Source: an uncultured Anaerolineales bacterium
Lineage (GTDB): Bacteria; Chloroflexota; Anaerolineae; B4-G1; SLSP01
Assembly: GCA_964504195.1 (NCBI GenBank)
Contig: CAZDDI010000005.1
Location: 1,175 to 65,174 of the forward strand
Direction of reading: 5' to 3'
DNA: 64,000 nt
The notes under the pieces are model-generated. The model was not told the DNA's origin and did not search any database. It saw only the letters and a list, made by a program, of their open reading frames with translations. Each line of letters opens with the position of its first letter. Position 1 is the first letter of the stretch. Made by a program: the position numbers and the translations under genes. This document shows positions 8,914-17,849 of this stretch, one piece after another.

Positions 8914-10154
8914 CGCCGCGGCTGATGCAGCAGGCGCTCGCTGACCGGCTGGCGGGGCAAGCCGTGCCGCCCGTCAATCTGGCGCAGTGGAGCGAACCCT
9001 GGGCCAGCTGTTGGCGCGCGCTGGACGCCGCCGCGCCTGACGCACCGGCGCATACGGCCTTGTTCCAAGCGTTGGCCGACCGGCCCGACCGCGACCGGCT
9101 CATCGAAGCGCTCTTCAAACTGCAACCGGGCGCGCCAGCCCAGTATCCCACCCTGCAAGAACTGGCGGAGGGCCTGGCCCCTATTGCCTGGCTGTGGCCG
9201 GGCTGGATTCCGCGCGGGATGCTGACGCTCTTTGGCGCGGTGCCCGGCGTGGGCAAGTCGCTGGTGGCGCTGGATTTGTGCCGGCGCATTATCCACGGGA
9301 CCTCCTTCCCCGATGCCGCCCCCGTGGCTGCGCCCGGCGGGCCGGTGCTCTATGTGGACGCCGAGGCCGTGCCGCAGATCACGCACGAACGCGCCGCGGC
9401 CTGGCAGTTGGATATGCGCCGCCTGTACCTGATGTTGCCCGCTGGCGATGCGCTGCTGGACTTTGGGCGGGCCGCCGACCGCGACCGCCTGGTGGAAATG
9501 GTGTATACCCTGCGCCCGGCGCTGGTCATCGTAGACAGCCTGTCATCCGTGACGAGCAAGAGCGAGAACGCCGTCGAGGATGTGCGCGCGCTGTTGGGCT
9601 TTTTCGCCGGGTTAGCGCGGGAATACGCGCTGGGGCTGGTGCTGATCCACCACGCGCGCAAGCGGGGCCTGACGCTGGGCGGGGCCCCGCTGTTTACGCC
9701 CATCACGCTCGACGATTTCCGGGGCAGCGGCCACATCGTCGCGATGGCGCGCTCGGTGTTGGGCTTATCTGTGGTGCAGAATGGGCCGCAACCGGACAGC
9801 AATGGCCCGCGCCAACTGGAAGTCATCAAGAGCAACCTGGCGCGTGTCCCCGCGCCACTGGGCTTCGACCTGGTGGACGTGCCGCCGGCGGGCGTGGCAC
9901 TCCAGTGGGGCGCAGCGCCGCAGCCCTGGCAAGCACCGACCAAGTTGGATGAGTGCCGCCTGTGGTTGGCGACCTGGTTGCGCGAGGCGGCTGAGCCGTT
10001 AGCACCGAAGGAGATTGTCGCGGCCGCCCAGAGTCTGGGCTTCAGCCGCGCGATGGTGTTCCGGGCGCGGGAAGCGTTGGGCGAGCAGGTCCGCAACACG
10101 TCCGGGCGGCGAGATCCGCAGAACTTGTGGGGGTGGAACGGGGAGCAGTCCTAA
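8907..10154 (+). CDS. RecA-fold P-loop NTPase of the RepA/AAA_25 type (mobile-element replication or helicase-loader-like)
   Basis: Walker A GAVPGVGKS. Walker B-like LVIVDSL. LIHHARK motif typical of phage, plasmid and ICE RepA-like ATPases. Confidence 0.7.
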   Translation: MLTPRLMQQALADRLAGQAVPPVNLAQWSEPWASCWRALDAAAPDAPAHTALFQALADRPDRDRLIEALFKLQPGAPAQYPTLQELAEGLAPIAWLWPGWIPRGMLTLFGAVPGVGKSLVALDLCRRIIHGTSFPDAAPVAAPGGPVLYVDAEAVPQITHERAAAWQLDMRRLYLMLPAGDALLDFGRAADRDRLVEMVYTLRPALVIVDSLSSVTSKSENAVEDVRALLGFFAGLAREYALGLVLIHHARKRGLTLGGAPLFTPITLDDFRGSGHIVAMARSVLGLSVVQNGPQPDSNGPRQLEVIKSNLARVPAPLGFDLVDVPPAGVALQWGAAPQPWQAPTKLDECRLWLATWLREAAEPLAPKEIVAAAQSLGFSRAMVFRAREALGEQVRNTSGRRDPQNLWGWNGEQS

Positions 10155-10290
10155 CAGTCTCAAGAGTTCACTGTATTGGCACACCCCCCTGGGGCGCGCC
10201 CGGCGTTGAAACGCTGAGACAGTGAGATAGTTGCGACAGTAAGACAGTGGCGGGGGTACTGTCTCACTGTCGCAAGAGTTCACTGTTTTG
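10155..10290. promoter_or_regulatory. Cluster of at least 7 ACAGTG/CACTGT hexamer motifs with direct and inverted repeats; putative operator, iteron or origin region
   Basis: Direct repeat CAAGAGTTCACTGT at 10161-10174 and 10273-10286. GACAGT appears three times at 10218, 10235 and 10243. Inverted GAGACAGTGAG / CTCACTGTC. Confidence 0.35.
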
Positions 10291-10424
10291 ACCCCCACCG
10301 TCCGCTACCAGGGGTGTGCCCATGGGCGGGAGACAGTGACCTGCCGCGCGTTCGGCGTGGGAGGCGTTGTCGCGCGCCACCTGCGCTCGACGGCGCAGCA
10401 TGGCCCCCACACAGCTACCCCGGC

Positions 10425-10451
10425 TAATAATAATAATAATAATAATAATAA
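10425..10451. repeat. (TAA)9 microsatellite in an AT-rich tract ~48 bp upstream of the primase start codon
   Basis: Perfect trinucleotide repeat in an otherwise ~68% GC context, followed by TTTATATCTATTTATCTATCCC. Confidence 0.9.
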
Positions 10452-10498
10452 TTTATATCTATTTATCTATCCCTATCTCGCTCAGAAAGGCCCGGCCT

Positions 10499-11560
10499 AT
10501 GCCTGCTATTACCTGCCTCCCGACCCTGATTGCCACTATCAAAGCCCGGCTCGACCTGGCCGAACAGGTCATCATTCCCGACCTCGGCTCGCCGCAGACT
10601 CGCGGCCAACGGTTGGCCTGGCGCTGTCCGTTCCATGCGGATCATAATCCCTCGCTGTATCTCACGCCCGACGGCCAGGCGTACCGCTGCTTCGGCTGCG
10701 GCGCGCGGGGCGACGCCTTCACCTGGCTCATGGCGCGGCGCGGTTGGCCGTTTCGGAAGGCGCTGACCTACCTGGCCGACCTGACCGGGGTGGCGCTGGA
10801 TGACAACCGATCCCCGGCGCAAGCGGCGAAAGTCCCCGCACCGCCCAATGTGCAACCCCCTGGCGCGACCTGGCAAGCACGGGCGCGGCTATTGCTGGCG
10901 CGGGCGCAAGCGTTGTTGGAGGAGGACGCGGGCGCGGTAGGCCGGGCTTATTTGCAGGCACGAGGCTTGCAAGCACCCACCTGGCAGACGTGGGGCTTGG
11001 GCTGGTGTCCGCGCGAGGTGTTCGAGCCGCCGGAACGGTGGGGGTTGACGGGGAAGCAGATTTATCTACCGCGCGGTGTAGTGATCCCCCACTTTGTCGC
11101 TGGTGACCTGTGGGCGTTGAAAGTACGCCGCTTTGTGGGGGATACCCCGGTAACTGCTGACCAGGGCGGCAAGTACGGCGGGCCGCGCGGGGGACAGATT
11201 GCGCTCTACGGCGTGGACTTGCTGCGCGGCGGCGACCGCCCGTTGTTCCTGGTGGAAGCCGAGTTGGATGCGCTGCTGCTCTGGCAAGCAGCGGGCGACC
11301 TGGTGGACGCAGCGGCCCTGGGCAGCGCCAGCCGGACGTTGCCCGCGCGCTGGCTGGCGGCGTTGTTGCCGTATCCGCGCATCTATGCCGCGCTGGACGC
11401 CGACGGCGCGGGGACGCTGAACGCGGCGCGGCTGGCGGAGATCTCGGCGCGGATTACGTCGGTGCGGGTGCCGGCCGGCAAGGATATGACGGAGTATGGG
11501 CAAGGAGGCGGGGACGTGAGGGAGTGGGTGGAGATGGTGATGGGAATTGCAGAAAGATGA
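10499..11560 (+). CDS. DnaG-like DNA primase (CHC2 zinc finger + Toprim), mobile-element type
   Basis: CPFHADHNPSLYLTPDGQAYRCFGCGARGD is a CHC2 zinc finger. Downstream EAELDALL...ALDADGAG is Toprim-like. The annotated ORF start at 10367 would read through the (TAA)n run as Ile9; the ATG at 10499 is preferred. Confidence 0.75.
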   Translation: MPAITCLPTLIATIKARLDLAEQVIIPDLGSPQTRGQRLAWRCPFHADHNPSLYLTPDGQAYRCFGCGARGDAFTWLMARRGWPFRKALTYLADLTGVALDDNRSPAQAAKVPAPPNVQPPGATWQARARLLLARAQALLEEDAGAVGRAYLQARGLQAPTWQTWGLGWCPREVFEPPERWGLTGKQIYLPRGVVIPHFVAGDLWALKVRRFVGDTPVTADQGGKYGGPRGGQIALYGVDLLRGGDRPLFLVEAELDALLLWQAAGDLVDAAALGSASRTLPARWLAALLPYPRIYAALDADGAGTLNAARLAEISARITSVRVPAGKDMTEYGQGGGDVREWVEMVMGIAER

Positions 11561-11575
11561 GCGTAGTAAACCTGC

Positions 11576-12589
11576 TTACGCAGAACCGTTCCCCTGAGTA
11601 ATTCGACCGGCTACGTCTTGGTAGTGAGCCGCCGCTGCCGGATCGCCGACTGCCATGTACGCTTCGACCAGCCGCTTCAGGATGATGCGCCGGCAGGGCT
11701 GGTTGTCGGTGCGAGTCGTGATCTCCAATCCGGCGTGCAGGTGTTCCAGCGCCAACTCAAGTTGCCCCAGGGTCAGATAGGTCGCGCCCAGATTGCAGCG
11801 GATGACACCTTTTCCGGGCAAATCCGCCTCGGCCTGTGCAATCTCCAACGCTGCAAGGAAGTAGGGCAAAGCCGCTTGTGGGTGTTGATCCCGGAGTAGC
11901 GCGGTCCCCAGAAAATTGGCAGCGGATTTGATGCGCGGTCGGTCGCCGGCGGTGCGCGCTACGGCCAGCCCGGCGGTGAAATGCTCCGCCGCTGCGCCGT
12001 AGTCCGCAGCCTGTAAAGCGATCCGCCCCCGCAGGATGTGTACATCGGCGATGACCTCGGCCTCGCCGCGTTGCTCGGCCAACTGCTGTGTTTCTGGCAA
12101 CCAGGCCGTGGCCTTTTCCGATTTCCCCAACAGAAACCAGGCTTGCGCCAGATCCATGAACACGCGCGCTGCCGGAGCGGGGTAGTGCAGCGCGCGCACC
12201 AGGGCAGACGCAGCTTCGAGACAGCGCGCCGTCTCGGCATACTCGCCCAGGCGCATACACACTTCGGAGAGGTGCTGCTGCAACCAGAGCGTCAACAACG
12301 GATCATCCGTAGGCGCGCGTTGGACGAAATACTGCAAACACGCGCGCCAGGGCGCCCATTGCCCCTGATAGATCATGTAGCGATGCAGGCTGTGCGCCAG
12401 CGCCGCGCCTACGCTGCGGGTGGCGACGTGGGCGGCGCAGTGCTGTAATGTGTGGAGGATATTGGCTTGCGCCTGAGTCAACGCGGCGGGATCGGCCTGA
12501 TGCGCGTGGATGTAGGTTTGCCAGTACGCGCCGGCGCGGGCGATGCTGGCCTGGTAGACCTGCTGGCGTTCTGTGAGGGTTTCCATCAT
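11576..12589 (-). CDS. TPR-repeat protein, the C-terminal partner of a split STAND NTPase
   Basis: Multiple TPR-like helical repeats. Start MMETLTERQ overlaps the upstream stop in an ATGA arrangement. The ORF's listed start at 12670 lies inside the upstream gene. Confidence 0.6.
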   Translation of the reverse strand: MMETLTERQQVYQASIARAGAYWQTYIHAHQADPAALTQAQANILHTLQHCAAHVATRSVGAALAHSLHRYMIYQGQWAPWRACLQYFVQRAPTDDPLLTLWLQQHLSEVCMRLGEYAETARCLEAASALVRALHYPAPAARVFMDLAQAWFLLGKSEKATAWLPETQQLAEQRGEAEVIADVHILRGRIALQAADYGAAAEHFTAGLAVARTAGDRPRIKSAANFLGTALLRDQHPQAALPYFLAALEIAQAEADLPGKGVIRCNLGATYLTLGQLELALEHLHAGLEITTRTDNQPCRRIILKRLVEAYMAVGDPAAAAHYQDVAGRITQGNGSA

Positions 12590-14076
12590 ATGATAGGTTC
12601 GACGTCTGGCGCAGGCTGCACCAGCTCCGAGAGGATGAAGTTGCGCGTGAGCGGGTGGATGCTGTAGCACTTCTGGAGCGCATCCCCGCCGATTTCCAGC
12701 AGCGAGAGCCGCGCCAGCTCCCGGACCCCGGCGAGGGTTTGACGCTCATCCAGCCCACCGATGGCGACCAGGGCCTCCCACGGCCCGCCGGTCGTCGCCA
12801 GCAAGGGCAGGCTCAACAGGAGCTGGCGCGCGTCCGCTGAAAGCAGCTCCCAGGCCGCCCAGTAGATGAAGCGGTAGAAGGTCTCCAGATCGCCCCGTGC
12901 CTCGGCGATCTCCGCCAGCACTTGCGCCAACGGGCGCAGCGCCGCCTGCCCCACCACCAGTTTGAGCGCCAAGGGATTGCCGCCGGTCGCCTGATAGATG
13001 CGCGCCAGAATGGCATCATCCGCCTCCTGCAAAGCGCGCTCTCCCCGCTCCTGCGCGTGATAGCGCAACAACGCCGTCGCCGCAGCCGGCGGCAGCGCGC
13101 CCACATGCACGGAGGTGGCCTGCTCGAAGGTATCCAGGCGGTAGCGGCTGGTGATGAGCACCTTACTAGGGCCGGTAAGTGCCCAGAGTTCCTGCGCTAG
13201 AGCGCGATAATCGGCGGCGGTTTCCAGATTGTCCACCACCACCAGGTAGGGCTGCGCGTGGAGCAGCGCGTGCAAGGCTTCTCGCTTCTTGCCGCTGGGC
13301 CAGGCCGTGAAATGGGGGTTTCCGGTCTGCCGCGCGATGCTATTGAGCAGTTCATCCACGGTGAGCGCGGGCGCGGTAGAGAGCTGCACCTCGCTCCAGG
13401 CAAAGACCTGGCGCTGTGCAGTCTCCCAAACCAGGTGGGCGAAATCGCCTGCCTCTAGCGCTGCCAGCGCGACTGCGCGCGCCAGGGCGGTTTTGCCCAT
13501 GCCGCCCAGGCCATCCAGCACCACGAAGCGATGGCGCTCCGGCGCAGCGAGGAAATCGCGCGCGCGGGCCAGCAACGGCTCAACGCCGAACAGGCGGGTG
13601 TAGGTGGGTGGGGGCAGGTGTGCGCGCCAGGCGGCGGTTGGGGATTGGGGAGCGCTGTGCGCCCCGGCGATGCTATGATTTTCCCATTGGCACAGGAGCG
13701 CAGCGACTTGCTCAATACCTTGAGCCAGGTCGCGGTAATATTGCGCGCGGCTGACGTGCAACCGTGACGGGATGTCTTTGGGCGCGCTGCCCTGTTGGTA
13801 GGTTTGGGTGAGCGCCGTGTAGACGCGCAGGGCCGGGGCAGTATTCGCGGTATTGTCCGGCGGTTTCAACAGCGCCAACGCCTCATCGAGCAAAGCCTGC
13901 ACCAGCTGCCCGACTAGCACGGGTGTTACCTCTAGCCCTTCCGGCAACCGTCGCTGCACGAGATGCAGAGAGGCCAGCTCGCAAGCACCCAGAAAGGGCA
14001 GATCGTGATAGTGCTGCAAGGCCGCTTTGACGCGCGCCGCATCCGAAACCGCTGGTTGATGGGGTGGCAAATTCAT
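12586..14076 (-). CDS. STAND-class NTPase (NB-ARC/AAA domain) with an N-terminal helical domain
   Basis: Walker A VLDGLGGMGKTALA, followed by an NB-ARC-like arm. Confidence 0.65.
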   Translation of the reverse strand: MNLPPHQPAVSDAARVKAALQHYHDLPFLGACELASLHLVQRRLPEGLEVTPVLVGQLVQALLDEALALLKPPDNTANTAPALRVYTALTQTYQQGSAPKDIPSRLHVSRAQYYRDLAQGIEQVAALLCQWENHSIAGAHSAPQSPTAAWRAHLPPPTYTRLFGVEPLLARARDFLAAPERHRFVVLDGLGGMGKTALARAVALAALEAGDFAHLVWETAQRQVFAWSEVQLSTAPALTVDELLNSIARQTGNPHFTAWPSGKKREALHALLHAQPYLVVVDNLETAADYRALAQELWALTGPSKVLITSRYRLDTFEQATSVHVGALPPAAATALLRYHAQERGERALQEADDAILARIYQATGGNPLALKLVVGQAALRPLAQVLAEIAEARGDLETFYRFIYWAAWELLSADARQLLLSLPLLATTGGPWEALVAIGGLDERQTLAGVRELARLSLLEIGGDALQKCYSIHPLTRNFILSELVQPAPDVEPII

Positions 14077-14087
14077 CCTGTATCCAG

Positions 14088-14182
14088 TCTCAGTAGATCA
14101 CGATTTAGGCTCGTAGTGACGGCTTCAGCTGTTGGGAGAACCGCTAAAGCGGTCACTACCAACAGATCCGTGATCTACTGAG
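14088..14182. promoter_or_regulatory. Nested inverted repeat in a divergent promoter region
   Basis: TCTCAGTAGATCACG (14088-14102) pairs with CGTGATCTACTGAG (14169-14182), about 66 bp apart. An inner GTGACGGCTT / AAGCGGTCAC pair lies between them. Confidence 0.3.
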
Positions 14183-14302
14183 TCTAGGCAAAGTGTCACC
14201 TGGGTATTATACAACAAAGAGACACTTTGAGAAAATGAAGAGACACTAAGAGACACAAAATCGGTTAAGATAGAGAAAGGTTGCAAAATCAAGGAAGGGG
14301 AT

Positions 14303-14884
14303 ATGTCCTGGCTCACACTTTACAAAGTTGTGCAATGGCTCATTTTTAGCGTCTTCATTGTTTTCATTTCCGACCACCGCAAAAAGAACCCGGCTACGCC
14401 GCTGATTGATAAACGCTTGCTCCTGATGATGAAACTCTGCTATCCCATTACCTGCGTCATTCACGGCTATGTCATCACGACGATCCCACAAGTGCGCTGG
14501 ATTGACCTGGTGGCATTGGGTTGTGCGGCCATCGGTACCACGCTCATCGTTAGGTCGAAAATTGATCTAGGGCGCTATCATGCCTGGACGGGCTACTTCG
14601 CCGATATGCCGGAGTTTGTGACGCAGGGTATCTATGCCTATATGCGCCATCCGCTGTATGCCGGCATCAATATCTTCATCGCCGGAGATCTGCTCATTAT
14701 GAGCGGTCACGCTCCCTGGCAACTGACGCTGGTGATGGCCGCCATTTTGAGCTATATCATGTTCTTCACCACGCTCTCGGCGGTGCGGGAGACCCGGCAA
14801 CTGGCCGCTAAATTTGGGGCGCGTTTCGTGGCATATCAACAGCAGGTACACCCTTTTTTACCGCTGCGCAGATTTGATGCGTGA
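14303..14884 (+). CDS. Isoprenylcysteine carboxyl methyltransferase (ICMT) / phospholipid methyltransferase-family membrane protein
   Basis: Multi-transmembrane protein with MRHPLYAG (RHPxY) and an E/R-containing C-terminal motif typical of ICMT/PEMT. GC is lower than in the flanks. Confidence 0.7.
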   Translation: MSWLTLYKVVQWLIFSVFIVFISDHRKKNPATPLIDKRLLLMMKLCYPITCVIHGYVITTIPQVRWIDLVALGCAAIGTTLIVRSKIDLGRYHAWTGYFADMPEFVTQGIYAYMRHPLYAGINIFIAGDLLIMSGHAPWQLTLVMAAILSYIMFFTTLSAVRETRQLAAKFGARFVAYQQQVHPFLPLRRFDA

Positions 14885-14990
14885 GCTTGCAAACGGCAAA
14901 ACCCGGCGTGCTTGCACTTTGCGCTGTTTAGGTATACTTAATTTGATAAACCTTTGAAACATTCATGCTTCTATCATAGCGAGGTATACC

Positions 14991-17801
14991 ATGCCAGAAG
15001 AGAAATCGCAGATCACAGCTGTTTGCCCGGTTGAACCAACGCCGTTCGTGGGGCGGACGGAGGCGCTGAACACCCTGCGCGCGGCGCTGAAACTGACCCT
15101 GGCCGGCCAGGGTCAGGTGCGCTTTGTGGCGGGCGAGGGCGGCAGCGGCAAGACTACCTTGGTGACGGAATTTGTGCGCCGCGTGCAGGCGCGTCGCGCC
15201 GACCTGGTCGTGGCGCTGGGTGCCTGCAATGCGCAGACCGGCATCGGCGACCCGTACCTGCCGTTCCGCGAGGTGTTGCGCCTGCTCATCGGCGATGTCG
15301 AAGGGCAGCAGGCGCAGCGCGCTTTGACGCCGGAGAACCGCCGCCGCTTGCAAGAGTTGACGCAGCTGTCGGCGCAGGCTTTGGCGGAAATCGGCCCGGA
15401 TTTGATCGGCGTCTTCCTGCCCGGCGCCGGCCTCCTGGCAAAATTGGGCGCCTTCCTGGCTGATAAGGCCGGGTGGCTGGAGGCGCGCAAGGAAAAAGCC
15501 GCCGCGGTAGCACCCGAAGATATTGACGAAAGCCGCATTTTCGAGCAATATGTGGCGGTGCTGCGCCAGCTGGCCGCGCAACATCCGCTGATTTTGGTGG
15601 TGGATGATTTGCAGTGGGTGGATCAGGCCTCGGCGAGCTTGTTGTTCTACCTGATCCGGCAGCTGCGCGAAAGCCGCGTGCTTATTGTGGGGCTGTACCG
15701 GCCGGCGGAAGTGACTTTGGGGCGCGCGGGGCAGCGCCATCCGCTGGAGAAAATCCTCAACGAAGCCAGGCGCTATTATGGCGATCTGGTGCTGGATCTG
15801 GATCAGGCCGGAGCCGCCGAGGGCCGCCAGTTCGTTGAGGCGTTTTTGGATACGGAACCTAACCGGCTAGGGGCGGATTTCCGGGCGGCGTTGTTCCAGC
15901 ACACCGGCGGCCATCCATTGTTCACGGTGGAGCTGTTGCGCCATTTGCAGGAACGCGGCGACCTGGTACATGCGGCCGACGGCGCCTGGGTCGAGAGCGC
16001 GCGGGTCAGCTGGGATACATTGCCCGCGCAGGTCGAGGGCGTGATCGAAGAGCGCGTAGCGCGCCTGAGCGATGAACTCAAGGAAATTTTGTTGACGGCG
16101 AGTGTGGAAGGCGAGGAGTTCACGGCGCAGGTCGTGGCGCGGGTCGAGAGCTTGCCCGAAAGACGCTTGCTGCGGCGGCTGTGCCAGGAACTTGAACAGC
16201 AACATCGTTTGATCGGGCAACAAGGCGAGATGGAGGTGGGCGCGCACATTCTGGCGCGCTTCCGTTTCGCCCACATTCTTTTGCAACAACATTTCTATCA
16301 CCTTACGGGCGCAGAATGTCGCTCGTTACATGGTGAAATCGGCGAGATGCTGGAAGAGTTTTACGCCGGACAGACGGATGTCATCGTTTTGCAGCTGGCC
16401 CGGCACTTCGAGGCAGCGGGACTGTGGGGCAAAGCCGTGGCTTACCGGCTGCGGGCGGGCGCGCAAGCGCGGCAGTGTTACGCCTGCGCGGATGCAATCG
16501 CACACTACGAGCGCGCGCTGACGTTGGCAGGGAAGCTCGCGCCCGTGGATAGCCTGAGACCGCGTTTACAAGCATTGACCGGGTTGGGGGAATTGTTGAC
16601 CATTACTGGGCAATATGAACCGGCCCGCGCACGTCTGGAGGCGGCCTTGGCGGCGGCGCGGGAGGTGGGCGACCGCGACCAGGAGGCGCTAATCTGCCGC
16701 TGGCTGGCGCGCAGCTATGAAAACGCCGGCGACTATCCCACCGCGTTGGAATGGGTCCAGCGCGGACTGGCGGCCTTGCAGGGTCGGGAGACGGCGGAAG
16801 CTGTGCAATTGCGGCTGCTCGCCGGGCTGGTGCAGCTGCGGCGCGGGGAAATGGAGATAGCGCTGGAACAGGCCGAGCTCGCGCTACGGCTGGCGCAGGC
16901 TTTGGGCGACCAGTATGCTCTGGGGCGCACCTATGTGTTCTTGGCGGTGCTGACCTTGCAGCGCGGGCAGAATCAACATTCGGCGGGACTGGCGCAGCGC
17001 GGCCTGGACTGCTACACCCAGGCCGGCGACCTGGCGGGCCAGGCTACGGCGCACAATCAGATTGCCAATGCCCGGTTCAATAGGGGGGAGTGGTCAGCGG
17101 CCGCGGCGAGCTATACCCAGGCGCGGGATACCTTTCAGCGCATTGGCGACTTGCACAACCACACCATTGCCCAGAACAACCTCGGCGAGATTGCGCTCAA
17201 TCAAGGCCGGCTGGAGGATGCGTTGGCTGCGTATCATGAGGCGCTTCATTTGCAGGAGAAACTTCCCGACAGATCGCCCTATATTCTGGGCATTTTGCAC
17301 AACAACCTGGGCGCGGTGTACGTGCGCCGGGGCGAACTGGCGGCGGCCCGCGAGCACTTGCAAGCGAGCCTGGCGCACTTCGAGGCGGCCGGGTCGCGCG
17401 ATATTCTCCCGGAAGTCTATCGCCATCTGGGCGAGATTGCCTGGCAAGAGGGGGCTATGCCGGAGGCGGAAGCGGAAGCCCAACGCTCCCTCGCGCTGGC
17501 GCGGGAGTTGCAAGCCGAAAACGAGGCGGGGATCACGCTGCGCCTGCTGGGTGAACTGGCATTGGCGCGACAGGATTATGCCGTCGCTGCGGCGCACCTC
17601 CGCGAGAGCCTGGCGATTTTGCTCAAGTTGGGAGAGACCTATCAGGCGGCCCGCACGCGCCTGGCGCTGGCGCGCCTGGCCCTGGCCGTGGGCCGCCCGG
17701 CCGACGCCCGCGTTGAACTCGATGCCTGCGAGCCGGTCTTCGCGCAATTGGATGCCGCGCCCGACCTCGCGGCGGCGCGGGAACTGCGGGCGGGAATTTA
17801 G
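14991..17801 (+). CDS. Large ATP-binding regulatory protein, AAA_16 ATPase + TPR array (STAND-like)
   Basis: Walker A AGEGGSGKTTL. LILVVDDLQWVD Walker B. Long TPR-rich C-terminus of 936 aa. Confidence 0.7.
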   Translation: MPEEKSQITAVCPVEPTPFVGRTEALNTLRAALKLTLAGQGQVRFVAGEGGSGKTTLVTEFVRRVQARRADLVVALGACNAQTGIGDPYLPFREVLRLLIGDVEGQQAQRALTPENRRRLQELTQLSAQALAEIGPDLIGVFLPGAGLLAKLGAFLADKAGWLEARKEKAAAVAPEDIDESRIFEQYVAVLRQLAAQHPLILVVDDLQWVDQASASLLFYLIRQLRESRVLIVGLYRPAEVTLGRAGQRHPLEKILNEARRYYGDLVLDLDQAGAAEGRQFVEAFLDTEPNRLGADFRAALFQHTGGHPLFTVELLRHLQERGDLVHAADGAWVESARVSWDTLPAQVEGVIEERVARLSDELKEILLTASVEGEEFTAQVVARVESLPERRLLRRLCQELEQQHRLIGQQGEMEVGAHILARFRFAHILLQQHFYHLTGAECRSLHGEIGEMLEEFYAGQTDVIVLQLARHFEAAGLWGKAVAYRLRAGAQARQCYACADAIAHYERALTLAGKLAPVDSLRPRLQALTGLGELLTITGQYEPARARLEAALAAAREVGDRDQEALICRWLARSYENAGDYPTALEWVQRGLAALQGRETAEAVQLRLLAGLVQLRRGEMEIALEQAELALRLAQALGDQYALGRTYVFLAVLTLQRGQNQHSAGLAQRGLDCYTQAGDLAGQATAHNQIANARFNRGEWSAAAASYTQARDTFQRIGDLHNHTIAQNNLGEIALNQGRLEDALAAYHEALHLQEKLPDRSPYILGILHNNLGAVYVRRGELAAAREHLQASLAHFEAAGSRDILPEVYRHLGEIAWQEGAMPEAEAEAQRSLALARELQAENEAGITLRLLGELALARQDYAVAAAHLRESLAILLKLGETYQAARTRLALARLALAVGRPADARVELDACEPVFAQLDAAPDLAAARELRAGI

Positions 17802-17849
17802 CCACGAATTTCGCAAATTAGCACCAAGTTTATCTTGAGGAGGATAACC

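Noticed and set aside
10367-10498. Upstream extension of the primase ORF
   Set aside because: It would translate the (TAA)9 microsatellite as a poly-Ile run and has no Shine-Dalgarno. The ATG at 10499 is preferred.
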